From an uncultured Hyphomicrobiales bacterium (GTDB lineage: Bacteria; Pseudomonadota; Alphaproteobacteria; Rhizobiales; Phreatobacteraceae): a stretch of 51,990 nt of DNA. Position 1 is the first letter of the stretch. Every line of letters starts with the position of its first letter. Shown in pieces: positions 8,565 to 18,467 of this stretch. Position numbers and translations under genes: made by a program. The notes beneath the pieces are model-generated. The model did no database searches and was not told where the DNA came from. It worked only from the letters and a program-made list of their open reading frames with translations. The DNA is taken from the NCBI GenBank assembly GCA_964516115.1, contig CAZEZD010000001.1:1-51990 (forward strand). Direction: 5' to 3'.

Positions 8565-10379
8565 CTAGTGGACCCAGTCACGCGACAGCCGCATGGCCGT
8601 GACGATGATGCCGACCATCGAATAGGTCTGCGGGAAATTGCCCCACAGGTCGCCGGTCGCCGGATCGATGTCCTCCGAGAGAAGGCCGACATGGTTGCGG
8701 CGGGCCAGCAGGGCCTCGAAGATCGCCCGTGCCTCCTCCACCCGCCCGATGGCGAAAAGCGCATCGGCGAGCCAGAAGGTGCAGATGTTGAAGGACGTCT
8801 CGGGCATGCCGAAATCGTCCCGGTCGTCATAGCGGAGCAGGAAGCCTTGCCGTGTGAGCCGCTTCTGCAGCACGTCGACGGTGCGGATGAAGCGGGGGTC
8901 ACTGGCCTCGACCACGCCGAGTTCATGCAGCAGCAGCGTCGAGGCATCCGCGCCGCTGCCGTCGAAACTGGCGGCGAAGAAGCCCTCCTGTTCGTTCCAG
9001 GCCCGCTCGAGGATGGCCGCGCGGATCCGCTCGGCATGGGCCCGCCAGTAATCCTGCCGCACCCGCAGCTCCAGCCGCTCGGCGATCTTCGCCAGCCGGT
9101 CGCAGGCAGCGAAGCACATCGCCGCCGAATGGGTATGGATCGACTGTCGGCCGCGATATTCCCAGATTCCGGCATCCGGCTCGAAGGCCGACGCGGCCGC
9201 CCGCTCCCCAAGCGCCTCCAGTTCGTGGAACAGCACCGCGTCGCCGAGCTTCGGCAGGCGGTGATCATGGAACATCTGCGATGCCGCGAGGATCATGCTG
9301 CCGGTCACGTCGTGCTGGACCTGGTTGGCGGCGGCATTGCCGATGCGGACCGGCCCGTCGCCATTGAAACCCGTCAGGGATTCGCTGATCCATTCCTCGA
9401 GCGAGTGCTCCGGCACGATGGCATAGACCGGCTTGAGGTTCGGACCCTTCTCCGTCGCGATGACCGAGCGCATGTAGTCGAGAAAGGACTCCATGGTCAG
9501 CGTCGCACCGAGCTTGTTCAGCGCATGGACGGTGAAATAGGCGTCGCGCAACCAGCAGAAGCGATAGTCCCAGTTGCGGCCCGTGCCGGGCGCCTCGGGG
9601 ATGGAGGTGGTGAGTGCCGCGACGATGGCGCCGGTCTCCTCGCAGGAGCAGAGCTTCAGGGTGATGGCGGCGCGGATGACCGCCTCCTGCCATTCGTAGG
9701 GCACGGACAGATAGCGCACCCAGTCCAGCCAGTACTGGCGGGTCGACCGGAGGAAAGCGAACCAGACATCCTCGATGGAGTTCGGAAAGGTCTCGTCGGC
9801 ATGGACGATGAGGGTCATCGGCCGGGTCAGGACGAACTGCGCCTCCGACGACAGGTAGGCCACCGGTATGTCCGAGGTCAGCCGTACCGCGCCCGCATCG
9901 GACACGTAGCGGATGTGGTTCGAGCCGGGTATGGCACGGCCGTCATACCGACCATAGGCCATGGTCGGCCGCATCCTGACGCGGACGCGCGGATTGCCGG
10001 CGATCGGCTCGATGCGCCGCATCAGCATGGGCGGCCGGAAGACCCGGTCATACTGTTTGAAACGCGGTGCCAGATCGGTGATGCGCACGGCCGATCCGTC
10101 GCTGGATGTCATCACCGTCACCAGGATCGCGGTATTGCGCTCGTAGGACTGGCTCGAGGAGACCATACCGTCGAGTTCGACCGACAGGAATCCGCGCTGC
10201 GGATCGGGGCCGCCCACCAGCGCCGAGAACAGCGGGTCCCCGTCGATGCGCGGCCAGCAGCCCCAGAGGATCCGGGCCTTCTCGTCGATCAGCGCGGCGA
10301 TCGTGCTGTTGCCGATCACCGCCATCGGAGGCGGCGCCTGGCGTGGGGGGCGGGTTGCGCCCATCGAATCTGCCGTCAT
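8565..10379 (-). CDS. Glycoside hydrolase family 15 (trehalase/glucoamylase-like)
   Basis: VIGNS..AALID, CWPRIDG, AALTTSIPE, RNWDYRFCWLRDA, DAGIWEYRG, GLLSEDID and GNFPQTYS. Confidence 0.92.
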   Translation of the reverse strand: MTADSMGATRPPRQAPPPMAVIGNSTIAALIDEKARILWGCWPRIDGDPLFSALVGGPDPQRGFLSVELDGMVSSSQSYERNTAILVTVMTSSDGSAVRITDLAPRFKQYDRVFRPPMLMRRIEPIAGNPRVRVRMRPTMAYGRYDGRAIPGSNHIRYVSDAGAVRLTSDIPVAYLSSEAQFVLTRPMTLIVHADETFPNSIEDVWFAFLRSTRQYWLDWVRYLSVPYEWQEAVIRAAITLKLCSCEETGAIVAALTTSIPEAPGTGRNWDYRFCWLRDAYFTVHALNKLGATLTMESFLDYMRSVIATEKGPNLKPVYAIVPEHSLEEWISESLTGFNGDGPVRIGNAAANQVQHDVTGSMILAASQMFHDHRLPKLGDAVLFHELEALGERAAASAFEPDAGIWEYRGRQSIHTHSAAMCFAACDRLAKIAERLELRVRQDYWRAHAERIRAAILERAWNEQEGFFAASFDGSGADASTLLLHELGVVEASDPRFIRTVDVLQKRLTRQGFLLRYDDRDDFGMPETSFNICTFWLADALFAIGRVEEARAIFEALLARRNHVGLLSEDIDPATGDLWGNFPQTYSMVGIIVTAMRLSRDWVH

Positions 10380-10380
10380 C

Positions 10381-11163
10381 TCACTGCTCCGTCGCGGCGG
10401 CGAGGGCGGCAATGAAGGCGCGCACCTCTCCGGCATGGCGGAACGGCTCGTCGCCCGCCCTGAAATGTTCCCCGGCGACGCGCAGCCCGAGCCCGCCGGA
10501 CGCAACGGCGACGGCGAAGGCGTCCTCGTCTGCGCGGTCGTCGCCGATCATGATCGGCACGCGACCGGCATAGGGGGCGCGCCGCATGAACTCGACGAGC
10601 GCGGTGCCCTTGGACGTGCCGTAAGGGATGATCTCGATCACCGCGCGCCCGTCCTTGATGTGGTGATCCAGCCTGAGCCGCACGATCACGTCCTCCAGCG
10701 CGGCGCGCAGCCAACCGCCGGCGGCCGGCACCTGCCGGTAGTGGACGGCGAGGATCGCGCCCTTGTGCTCAAGCCTGAAGCCGGGCTCGGGGGCCACGAT
10801 CCGCACGACCTCGCCGACCAGGTCCTGAGGCGCCTCGGGCAGCACACGGGAACCGGCGCTCCCCGCCGCAAAGGAGAATTCGAGGCCATGGAGGCCGGAC
10901 GCCTCCAGCCCCGCCGACCCCACGTAACCGGCGACCTGGTTGAGGGGTCTTCCGGTGATGATGGCGAAGGCGCCGCCAAGCATCAGCCTGACCGCGGCCA
11001 TGGCGGGCGCGAGGTCGGCCGGAACGACGACCTTTTCTGGCTGTTCGGCGATCTCCGCCAGCGTTCCGTCGAAATCCGAGAAAAGGGCGTAGCGGTCGGG
11101 ATTGGCGATGATCCGGGACGTCAGATCGCCCACCTCCGGGTGCGGGCGGGGATTCAGGAGCAT
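10381..11163 (-). CDS. otsB: Trehalose-6-phosphate phosphatase (HAD IIB)
   Basis: FSDFDGTL, IITGR, SGLHGLE, LEHKG..AVHYR, SKGTAL and IGDDRADEDAF. Start is uncertain. Confidence 0.9.
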   Translation of the reverse strand: MLLNPRPHPEVGDLTSRIIANPDRYALFSDFDGTLAEIAEQPEKVVVPADLAPAMAAVRLMLGGAFAIITGRPLNQVAGYVGSAGLEASGLHGLEFSFAAGSAGSRVLPEAPQDLVGEVVRIVAPEPGFRLEHKGAILAVHYRQVPAAGGWLRAALEDVIVRLRLDHHIKDGRAVIEIIPYGTSKGTALVEFMRRAPYAGRVPIMIGDDRADEDAFAVAVASGGLGLRVAGEHFRAGDEPFRHAGEVRAFIAALAAATEQ

Positions 11164-11269
11164 GATCGGCGCCTGCGTCCGGCAGCCGCGGAGCCAACCA
11201 GGCGGCAGCCCGCAGCGATCGAATTTTCCACGACGATACCGGCCCCTCGAACTGACCCCATGGGTTGCA

Positions 11270-11294
11270 AACGCCTGATCGGCGATCCGGTTCC
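11270..11294 (-). promoter_or_regulatory. EcfG/SigT (general stress response) promoter for the otsB-GH15-otsA-MFS unit
   Basis: Exact GGAAC-N16-CGTT on the minus strand (GGAAC cggatcgccgatcagg CGTT). Confidence 0.75.
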
Positions 11295-11341
11295 GGTCCT
11301 CCCGGACATTTTTTCCTCCGCTTCGGTGGTCGACGAGCCAC

Positions 11342-11366
11342 GGAACGCCAGGTCCCGCTGCGCGTT
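11342..11366 (+). promoter_or_regulatory. EcfG/SigT promoter for the ROK-family gene
   Basis: Exact GGAAC gccaggtcccgctgcg CGTT (N16), 32 nt before the ATG at 11399. Confidence 0.8.
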
Positions 11367-11398
11367 GGTGGCAGTTGATTTCATACTCGGTGGCGCAG

Positions 11399-12484
11399 AT
11401 GGGCAAGACAACCGCAAAGAAGGTGGCACGATCTGGCGGCCGGGAACCGATCGCCGGCCATGGCGCGGTGGAACTGCCCTCCGTTACGGTATCGGGCTAC
11501 AACCTCGAACTGCGCGACAAGGAGGGCTTTGTGGGTGACCGCGCCAGCAAGCGCGCCTTCACAGAAAAGCTCGACGACTGGCGCGAGCGTCTCGGCCGGC
11601 TCGATACCGACCCCTTCGGCGACGTGGAGACGGCCGATCTCAGCAAGAAGCAGCTCGACAAGGCGCTGCAGGGTGAGGACCCTGAAGCGGCCGCCCTCGT
11701 CCATGGCGCCATCGAGGACTTCGCCCAGGAGCTTGCGGCGGTAATCCGGCGGTTTCGCCGGACGAAGGGATGGGAGAATGTGGAGCGGGTCGCCGTCGGG
11801 GGCGGCTTCCGCAACAGCCGCATCGGCGAACTCGCCATCGCACGCACCGGCATCCTCCTGAAGGCCGACGGGCTCACCGTGGACATGCGTCCGATCCGCC
11901 ATCACCCGGACGAGGCCGGCCTGATCGGCGCCGCCCATCTCATGCCCGCCTGGATGCTCGCCGGCCATGACGGCATCCTCGCCATCGATATCGGCGGCAC
12001 CAACATGCGCGCCGGCGTCGTGGCGCTGAACCTGAAGAAGGCCGCCGACCTGTCGAAAGCCGAGGTCTGGAAATCGGACCTGTGGCGCCATGCCGACGAC
12101 AGTCCGGCGCGGACTGCGGCCATCGAGCGGCTGGCGGGGATGCTCGACGACCTGATCGCGAAGGCCGCGAAGGACGGGCTGACGCTCGCCCCGGTGATCG
12201 GCATCGGCTGTCCGGGGCTGATCAAGGTCGACGGGTCGATCGATCGCGGCGGTCAGAACCTCCCCGGCGGCAACTGGGAGAGCGAGCACTTCAACCTGCC
12301 CGCCGCCCTGACCAAGGCGATTCCCGAGATCGGCGGACACGAAACCCTCGTCGTCATGCACAATGACGCGGTGGTCCAGGGCCTCAGCGAGGTCCCCGAC
12401 ATGCAGGACGTCGCCGCGTGGGGGGTCGTCACCATCGGCACCGGCCTTGGCAACGCCACCTATGTCAATCGCGGCAAGGACTGA
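11399..12484 (+). CDS. ROK-family kinase-like protein, apparently circularly permuted
   Basis: Motifs AIDIGGTN, IGIGCPG, HNDA and TIGTGLG are in the C-terminal half, while VAVGGG and AGLIGAA are in the N-terminal half. Confidence 0.85.
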   Translation: MGKTTAKKVARSGGREPIAGHGAVELPSVTVSGYNLELRDKEGFVGDRASKRAFTEKLDDWRERLGRLDTDPFGDVETADLSKKQLDKALQGEDPEAAALVHGAIEDFAQELAAVIRRFRRTKGWENVERVAVGGGFRNSRIGELAIARTGILLKADGLTVDMRPIRHHPDEAGLIGAAHLMPAWMLAGHDGILAIDIGGTNMRAGVVALNLKKAADLSKAEVWKSDLWRHADDSPARTAAIERLAGMLDDLIAKAAKDGLTLAPVIGIGCPGLIKVDGSIDRGGQNLPGGNWESEHFNLPAALTKAIPEIGGHETLVVMHNDAVVQGLSEVPDMQDVAAWGVVTIGTGLGNATYVNRGKD

Positions 12485-12496
12485 CCGGAGCGGTCG

Positions 12497-13168
12497 TCAG
12501 CCGCGCGCGCCGAAGATGGCGCTGCCCACCCTGACATGGGTCGCACCCATGGCGATGGCGGTCGGGAAGTCGGCGCTCATGCCCATGGAGATGGTCTTCA
12601 GGCCATTGCGGCGGGCGATGGTGGTGAGCAAAGCAAAATGCGGCGCCGGCGGCTCGTCCGCGGGGGGAATGCACATGACGCCCTCGACCTCGAGGCCGTA
12701 GGTCTCCCGGCAGGTGCGGATGAAGGCGTCGGCTTCCTCCGGCGACACGCCGCCCTTCTGCGGCTCGGCGCCGGTATTCACCTGCACGAGGAAGCGCGGA
12801 CAGCGGGTCCCGCCGGCCTTCTGGATTTCTTTCTGCAGCTCGCGGGCGAGGGACGAGCGGTCCAGCGTCTCGATGACATCGAAGAGGGCGATGGCCTCCT
12901 TCGCCTTGTTCGACTGCAGCGGCCCGATCATGTGGACCTGAACGTCGGGATAGCGCTGGCGCAGCTCCGGCCACTTGGATTTGGCGTCCTGCACATAGTT
13001 CTCGCCGAAGACGCGCTCGCCGGCCGCCAGAACCGGTTCGATGGCCTCGGCCGGCAAGGTCTTCGACACGGCCACCAGCGTCACCGACGCCTCCGGTCGC
13101 TTGGCCTCGGAGGTCGCGGCGGCAATAGCAGCCTTCACTTCGGCGAGACGGGACACGGCATCGGACAT
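12497..13168 (-). CDS. yggS: YggS/PLPBP pyridoxal phosphate homeostasis protein
   Basis: LVAVSKT, FGENYVQ, HMIGPLQSNK, SMGMSADF and VRVGSAIFGAR. Confidence 0.95.
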   Translation of the reverse strand: MSDAVSRLAEVKAAIAAATSEAKRPEASVTLVAVSKTLPAEAIEPVLAAGERVFGENYVQDAKSKWPELRQRYPDVQVHMIGPLQSNKAKEAIALFDVIETLDRSSLARELQKEIQKAGGTRCPRFLVQVNTGAEPQKGGVSPEEADAFIRTCRETYGLEVEGVMCIPPADEPPAPHFALLTTIARRNGLKTISMGMSADFPTAIAMGATHVRVGSAIFGARG

Positions 13169-13321
13169 GGTTCGGGCTCCACGGCGGGGCCTCCGGGCTA
13201 GCACGGGCCGCTGAACGGGGCCAGATGGTAGCCCGCATGCGCCAAATCCTTGACCGGCCGGGCCCTTTCGTGTGTTGTCCGCGCTCGCTTTTGCCCAGAC
13301 TTTCCGGACCTGCCGCCCATC

Positions 13322-15943
13322 ATGTCGACCGAACGCTACAATGCCCGTACCGCCGAGCCGAAATGGCGCGCGGTCTGGGACGAGAAGGCCATCTTCGAGA
13401 CGAAGAACGACGATCCGCGGCCGAAATATTACGTGCTCGAGATGTTCCCCTATCCGTCTGGGCGCATCCACATGGGCCATGTGCGCAACTACACGATGGG
13501 CGACGTGGTGGCCCGCTACAAGCGCGCCCGCGGCTTCAACGTGCTGCACCCCATGGGCTGGGACGCCTTCGGCCTGCCGGCGGAGAACGCCGCGATGGCC
13601 TCAAAGGTCCACCCGAAGGAATGGACCTACGCCAATATCGCCACCATGAAGGCGCAGCTGAAAAGCATGGGCCTGTCGCTCGACTGGTCGCGCGAGCTCG
13701 CCACCTGCGACCCCTGCTACTATCGCCACCAGCAGAAGCTCTTCGCCGATTTCATGCGCGCGGGCCTCGTCGAGCGCCGCTCGGCCAAGGTCAACTGGGA
13801 TCCCGTCGACCAGACCGTGCTCGCCAACGAACAGGTCATTGACGGCCGCGGCTGGCGCTCGGGCGCGCTGGTCGAGCAGCGCGACCTGACCCAGTGGTTC
13901 TTCAAGATCACCGACTATTCCGATGACCTCCTGACCGCGCTCGACGGCCTCGACCGCTGGCCGGACAAGGTCCGGCTGATGCAGAAGAACTGGATCGGCC
14001 GCTCCGAGGGCCTGATGGTCCGCTGGACCCTCAAGGACGGCACCGCGCCGGCCGGCCATTCCGAGCTCGAGATCTACACGACGCGTCCCGACACGCTGTT
14101 CGGCGCCGCCTTCATGGCGATCGCCCCTGACCATCCGCTGGCGCGCGCCGCCGCCGAGACGAACCCCGCGCTGGCCGCCTTCTCCGACGAATGCCGCCGC
14201 ATGGGGACTTCGGTGGCCGCGCTCGAAACGGCGGAGAAACTCGGCTTCGACACCGGCATCAAGGCGATCCACCCCTTCGATCCCTCCTGGGAGGTGCCGG
14301 TCTATGTCGCCAACTTCATTCTCATGGACTACGGCACGGGCGCCATCTTCGGCTGCCCCTCGGGCGACCAGCGCGACATCGAATTCGCCAACACATATGG
14401 CCTGAAGTTCGAAACCGTGGTGAAGCCGGTCGATGCCGGCGACGATTTCGCCGTCACCGACACCGCCTATGACGGCGACGGCGTGATGATCAACTCGCGC
14501 TTCCTGAACGGCCTGACCACCGAGGCCGCCTTCGCCGAGGTCGCCACGCGTCTGGAAAAGACCGAGCTCGCCGGCAAGCCCGTCGCCACCCGCAAGGTGA
14601 ATTTCCGCCTGCGCGACTGGCTGATCTCGCGCCAGCGCTACTGGGGCTGCCCGATCCCCGTCATCCACTGCGACGATTGCGGCGCGGTGCCGGTGCCCGA
14701 TTCCCAGCTGCCGATCCTGCTGCCCGACGATGCCGACTTCTCCAAGCCCGGCAACCCGCTCGACCGCCATCCGACCTGGAAGCACGTCGCCTGCCCGTCC
14801 TGCGGCAAGCCGGCTCGCCGCGAGACGGATACGATGGACACTTTCGTCGATTCGTCCTGGTATTTCGCCCGCTTCACCGATCCCTGGCGCACCGACACGC
14901 CGACCGACCCGGCAGTGGTCGATGCCTGGCTGCCGGTCGACCAGTATATCGGCGGCATCGAGCATGCGATCCTGCACCTGCTCTATTCGCGCTTCTTCAC
15001 CCGCGCCATGAAGGCGACCGGCCATGCCGGCCTTGACGAGCCGTTCCGCGGCCTGTTCACGCAAGGCATGGTGGTCCACGAGACCTATCGCGGCCCCGAC
15101 GGGACCTATGTGACGCCGGCCGAGGTGACGATCGCCGGCGAGGGCGACCAGCGCCGCGCCGTGCTGAAGGGCTCGAACGCGCCTGTCGAGATCGGCTCCA
15201 TCGAGAAGATGTCGAAGTCGAAGAAGAACGTCGTCGACCCCGACGACATCATCGCGTCCTACGGCGCCGACACCGCCCGCTGGTTCATGCTGTCGGATTC
15301 TCCCCCCGAGCGCGACGTCATCTGGACCGAGGCCGGCGTCGAGGGCGCCAGCCGCTTCGTCCAGCGCCTCTGGCGGATCGTCGGAGAGATCGCCGCCGTG
15401 TCGCAGGGCGCCGCAGCCTCCGCGACCTTCGGTGACGAGGCGACCGTTGTGCGCCGGGCCGCCCACCAGGCCCTCGCGGCCGTGGAGTCCGATGTCGAGC
15501 GCCTCGCTTTCAACCGCTGCGTCGCGCACATCTACACGCTCGCCAATGCGCTGGCGAAGACGCTCGACGGCCTTCGCGGCGGCGTGGCATCCCCCGACGT
15601 GGCGACCGCGCTCGCCGAGGCCGGCAGCATTCTCGTGCGCCTTGTCGCCCCGATGATGCCGCACCTCGCTGAGGAATGCTGGGCGGAACTCGGCCACAAG
15701 GGGCTCGTCGCCGAGGAATCCTGGCCCGCCGTCGACCAGGCGATCCTCGTCGAAGACACTGTCACCCTGCCCGTCCAGGTCAACGGCAAGAAGCGCGCGG
15801 ACTTGACGATCGCGCGCGACGCGGCCCAAAAGGATGTCGAGGCAGCCGTGATCGCTCTCGACGCCGTCAGCAAGGCGCTGGAGGGCCGGCCGGTGAAGAA
15901 GATCATCGTCGTTCCGCAGAGGATCGTGAATGTCGTGGGCTGA
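13322..15943 (+). CDS. leuS: Leucine--tRNA ligase
   Basis: [13 protein letters not shown] (HIGH-like), KMSKSK, editing domain TTRPDT and [11 protein letters not shown]. Confidence 0.98.
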   Translation: MSTERYNARTAEPKWRAVWDEKAIFETKNDDPRPKYYVLEMFPYPSGRIHMGHVRNYTMGDVVARYKRARGFNVLHPMGWDAFGLPAENAAMASKVHPKEWTYANIATMKAQLKSMGLSLDWSRELATCDPCYYRHQQKLFADFMRAGLVERRSAKVNWDPVDQTVLANEQVIDGRGWRSGALVEQRDLTQWFFKITDYSDDLLTALDGLDRWPDKVRLMQKNWIGRSEGLMVRWTLKDGTAPAGHSELEIYTTRPDTLFGAAFMAIAPDHPLARAAAETNPALAAFSDECRRMGTSVAALETAEKLGFDTGIKAIHPFDPSWEVPVYVANFILMDYGTGAIFGCPSGDQRDIEFANTYGLKFETVVKPVDAGDDFAVTDTAYDGDGVMINSRFLNGLTTEAAFAEVATRLEKTELAGKPVATRKVNFRLRDWLISRQRYWGCPIPVIHCDDCGAVPVPDSQLPILLPDDADFSKPGNPLDRHPTWKHVACPSCGKPARRETDTMDTFVDSSWYFARFTDPWRTDTPTDPAVVDAWLPVDQYIGGIEHAILHLLYSRFFTRAMKATGHAGLDEPFRGLFTQGMVVHETYRGPDGTYVTPAEVTIAGEGDQRRAVLKGSNAPVEIGSIEKMSKSKKNVVDPDDIIASYGADTARWFMLSDSPPERDVIWTEAGVEGASRFVQRLWRIVGEIAAVSQGAAASATFGDEATVVRRAAHQALAAVESDVERLAFNRCVAHIYTLANALAKTLDGLRGGVASPDVATALAEAGSILVRLVAPMMPHLAEECWAELGHKGLVAEESWPAVDQAILVEDTVTLPVQVNGKKRADLTIARDAAQKDVEAAVIALDAVSKALEGRPVKKIIVVPQRIVNVVG

Positions 15944-16472
15944 CACCTCGCTTGTCCGCATGATCCGCTTCGTCGCGCTGTTCGCGGCGTCGGCGGCGCT
16001 CGCCGGTTGCTTCGCGCCGCTCTATGGCGACCCGACCGTCGTGGCGGGCGGGCGCAACGCTCAAGCAGCGCTGCGCGACCTGGACATCCCCGAGATTCCC
16101 GGCCGCAACGGAGTCGTGTTGCGCAACGAGCTGATCTACCTGACCCAGGGCGGCGGTGGGCGCGCGGCCAATCCAAGCCATGTCCTGCGCATCAACCTGT
16201 CCATCGACAGCGTGCCGCTGGCCCTCAACACCGCCGCCGGCCGCCCCTCCGCCCAGGCCGTCAACCTCGTCGGCAACTACACGATCACCGCCGTCGGCGA
16301 CCCGCGAGTCATCCATCGCGGCACGGCCTTCGCCACCGCCTCCTTCGACCGGACCGCGCAGCGCCTCGCCTCCGACCGCGCCGTGATCGAGGCGCAGGAG
16401 CGCGCCGCCAAGAGCCTTGCCGAATCGATCGTCACGCAGGTGGCAGGCTGGTACGCCACGCAGCCGAGATGA
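15930..16472 (+). CDS. lptE: LPS assembly lipoprotein LptE
   Basis: Lipobox LAGC followed by FAPLYG; conserved leuS-lptE-holA order. Confidence 0.8.
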   Translation: MSWADTSLVRMIRFVALFAASAALAGCFAPLYGDPTVVAGGRNAQAALRDLDIPEIPGRNGVVLRNELIYLTQGGGGRAANPSHVLRINLSIDSVPLALNTAAGRPSAQAVNLVGNYTITAVGDPRVIHRGTAFATASFDRTAQRLASDRAVIEAQERAAKSLAESIVTQVAGWYATQPR

Positions 16473-16476
16473 CGGC

Positions 16477-17511
16477 GTGACCATCCTGAAGGGTGCCGAA
16501 ATCGACAGGTTTCTGGCGGCGCCTGATGAGAGGCGGCCGATCGTCCTGATCTACGGCCCCGATGCCGGCCTCGTCTCCGAGCGCGGCAGGGCGGTGGCAT
16601 CGCGCATCGCGCCCGACCTCAACGACCCCTTCACCGTGACCCGCCTCGACGGCGATGTGCTGGCCGGCGACCCCGCCCGGCTCGTCGACGAGGCCCGCAC
16701 CATGCCGATGTTCGGCGGCCGGCGGCTGATCTGGATCCGCGCGGGCGAGAAGCCGATCGCAGCCGCGATCCTGCCGCTTCTGGCCGCCCCCCCCGAAGCC
16801 GCGACAATCGTGATCGAGGCCGGGGACCTGAAGAAGACAGCGCCACTGCGCACCGATGCCGAGCGGTCCGGCGCTGCCGCCGTCATTCCCTGCTATGCCG
16901 ACGGCGAGGCCGACGTGAAGCGCCTCATCGGCGAGGAGGCGCGCCAGGCGGGGCTTCAGGTCGAGCCTGCGGCGCTCACCCTTCTGGCGCAGCTTCTGGG
17001 CGGCGACCGCGCCGCCTCGCGCGCCGAGATCCGCAAGGTCTGCCTCTATTGTCACGGCCAGACGGCGATCACCGCTGCCGATGTCGAGGCCGTGGCGGGC
17101 GACAGCCTCGATCTCGGCGTCGACGAGATCGTCGATGCCGCCGCGGGTGGCCGCCCGGACGTGCTCGACAGGCTTCTCTTGCGCGCCGAGGCTGGCGGGC
17201 TTGCCGTCCCGCAGATCATGTCGGCCATGAACCGCCATTTCCTCGGCCTGCACAAGGCGCGGCTTTCCGTCGAGACGGGCACGCCCGCGCGCTCGGTTGT
17301 GGAGCGCTTCGATCCGCCGGTCTTTTTTCGCAGGAAGGCCGCCGTCGAACGGCAGCTTGGGCTCTGGACCACCGAACGCCTGCAGCGGACCATCGTCCGC
17401 CTCGCCGAGGCGACCTATGAAACGCGCGCCAAGTCCGCGCTCGCGCCGGCCATCGCCAGCCGCATCATCATGTCGATCGCCACCGCCGTCCGGCAGGGGG
17501 CGCGGGGCTGA
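16477..17511 (+). CDS. holA: DNA polymerase III subunit delta
   Basis: LIYGPDAGLVSER, MFGGRRLI, LGGDRAASRAEI and PPVFFRRK; synteny. Confidence 0.92.
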   Translation: MTILKGAEIDRFLAAPDERRPIVLIYGPDAGLVSERGRAVASRIAPDLNDPFTVTRLDGDVLAGDPARLVDEARTMPMFGGRRLIWIRAGEKPIAAAILPLLAAPPEAATIVIEAGDLKKTAPLRTDAERSGAAAVIPCYADGEADVKRLIGEEARQAGLQVEPAALTLLAQLLGGDRAASRAEIRKVCLYCHGQTAITAADVEAVAGDSLDLGVDEIVDAAAGGRPDVLDRLLLRAEAGGLAVPQIMSAMNRHFLGLHKARLSVETGTPARSVVERFDPPVFFRRKAAVERQLGLWTTERLQRTIVRLAEATYETRAKSALAPAIASRIIMSIATAVRQGARG

Positions 17512-17517
17512 GCCGAA

Positions 17518-18393
17518 TCAGCCACGCAGCCGCTGGCACAGGTCCTCGAGCTGCTCCAGCGAGCGATAGCGGATGCGCAGCTCGCCCCCGGCGCCGCGAT
17601 GGTCGACGGTCACGGTCATGCCGAGGGCATCGGACAGCGTCTTCTCCAACGCCCGGGTATCGGCGTCTTTCTCGACCCGCTCGCGCTGCTTCGGCGCACG
17701 GCCGGCCTTCTCCGACTGCTCCTGGGTCAGCGCTTCCACCTGGCGGACATTGAGCCCCTGGTCGATGATCTGCGAAGCCAGCCGATCCGGGTCGTCGGCC
17801 GCCAGCAGGGCGCGGGCATGGCCGGCTGTCAACTGGCCCTCGCGCAGCATGCCCTGGACGTTCTCCGGCAGCTTCATCAGGCGCAGCGTGTTGGCGACAT
17901 GGCTGCGGCTCTTGCCGATGATCTTGGCGAGATCGGTCTGGCTATAGCCGAACTGCTCGATCAGCTCGTTGTAGCCGAGCGCCTCCTCCAGCGGATTGAG
18001 ATCGGCGCGCTGGACGTTCTCGATGATGGCGAGTTCGAGCGCCTCCCGGTCGCCCACCTCGACGAGATGGATCGGAACCTCATGCAGCTCGGCACGCTGC
18101 GCGGCCCGCCAGCGCCGCTCGCCCGCGACGATCTCGTAGGCATCGACGGCGCCGGCCACGGCGCGCACCACGATGGGCTGAATGATGCCGCGCTCGCGGA
18201 TGGAATCGGCCAGTTCCTGCAGGTCTTCCTCGCGGAAGATGCGTCGCGGATTGCGCGGGTTGGCGCGCAGGAACTCGATTGGCACTTTGCGGGTGGAGCG
18301 CACGCGCTCGATCGCCGCGCTCTCCTCGCCGACATCACCGATCAGCGCGGCCAGACCGCGGCCGAGACGCGAACGGCCCGCATCTTCCACCAT
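17518..18393 (-). CDS. parB: Chromosome partitioning protein ParB
   Basis: LGRGLAALI, GIIQPIVVR, AGERRWRAA, IIENVQRADLN and HTH GKSRSHVAN; RBS AAGGAG. Confidence 0.97.
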   Translation of the reverse strand: MVEDAGRSRLGRGLAALIGDVGEESAAIERVRSTRKVPIEFLRANPRNPRRIFREEDLQELADSIRERGIIQPIVVRAVAGAVDAYEIVAGERRWRAAQRAELHEVPIHLVEVGDREALELAIIENVQRADLNPLEEALGYNELIEQFGYSQTDLAKIIGKSRSHVANTLRLMKLPENVQGMLREGQLTAGHARALLAADDPDRLASQIIDQGLNVRQVEALTQEQSEKAGRAPKQRERVEKDADTRALEKTLSDALGMTVTVDHRGAGGELRIRYRSLEQLEDLCQRLRG

Positions 18394-18436
18394 GTCAACT
18401 CTCCTTCGGGACGCCAGCGTAACGACGTCGGCGGAT

Positions 18437-18462
18437 GACTCAGAACGGGGGCGAATCGAATC
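18437..18462. promoter_or_regulatory. Three GANTC (CcrM methylation) sites in the parA-parB intergenic region
   Basis: GACTC 18437-41, GAATC 18453-57 and GAATC 18458-62. Confidence 0.5.
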
Positions 18463-18467
18463 CATCG

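Noticed and set aside
13601-15961. 786-aa antisense ORF, and similar long ORFs at 8517-10415, 19893-21920, 31966-34077, 31994-34300 and 45831-48626
   Set aside because: Shadow frames of well-supported genes, expected in high-GC DNA; no recognisable motifs.
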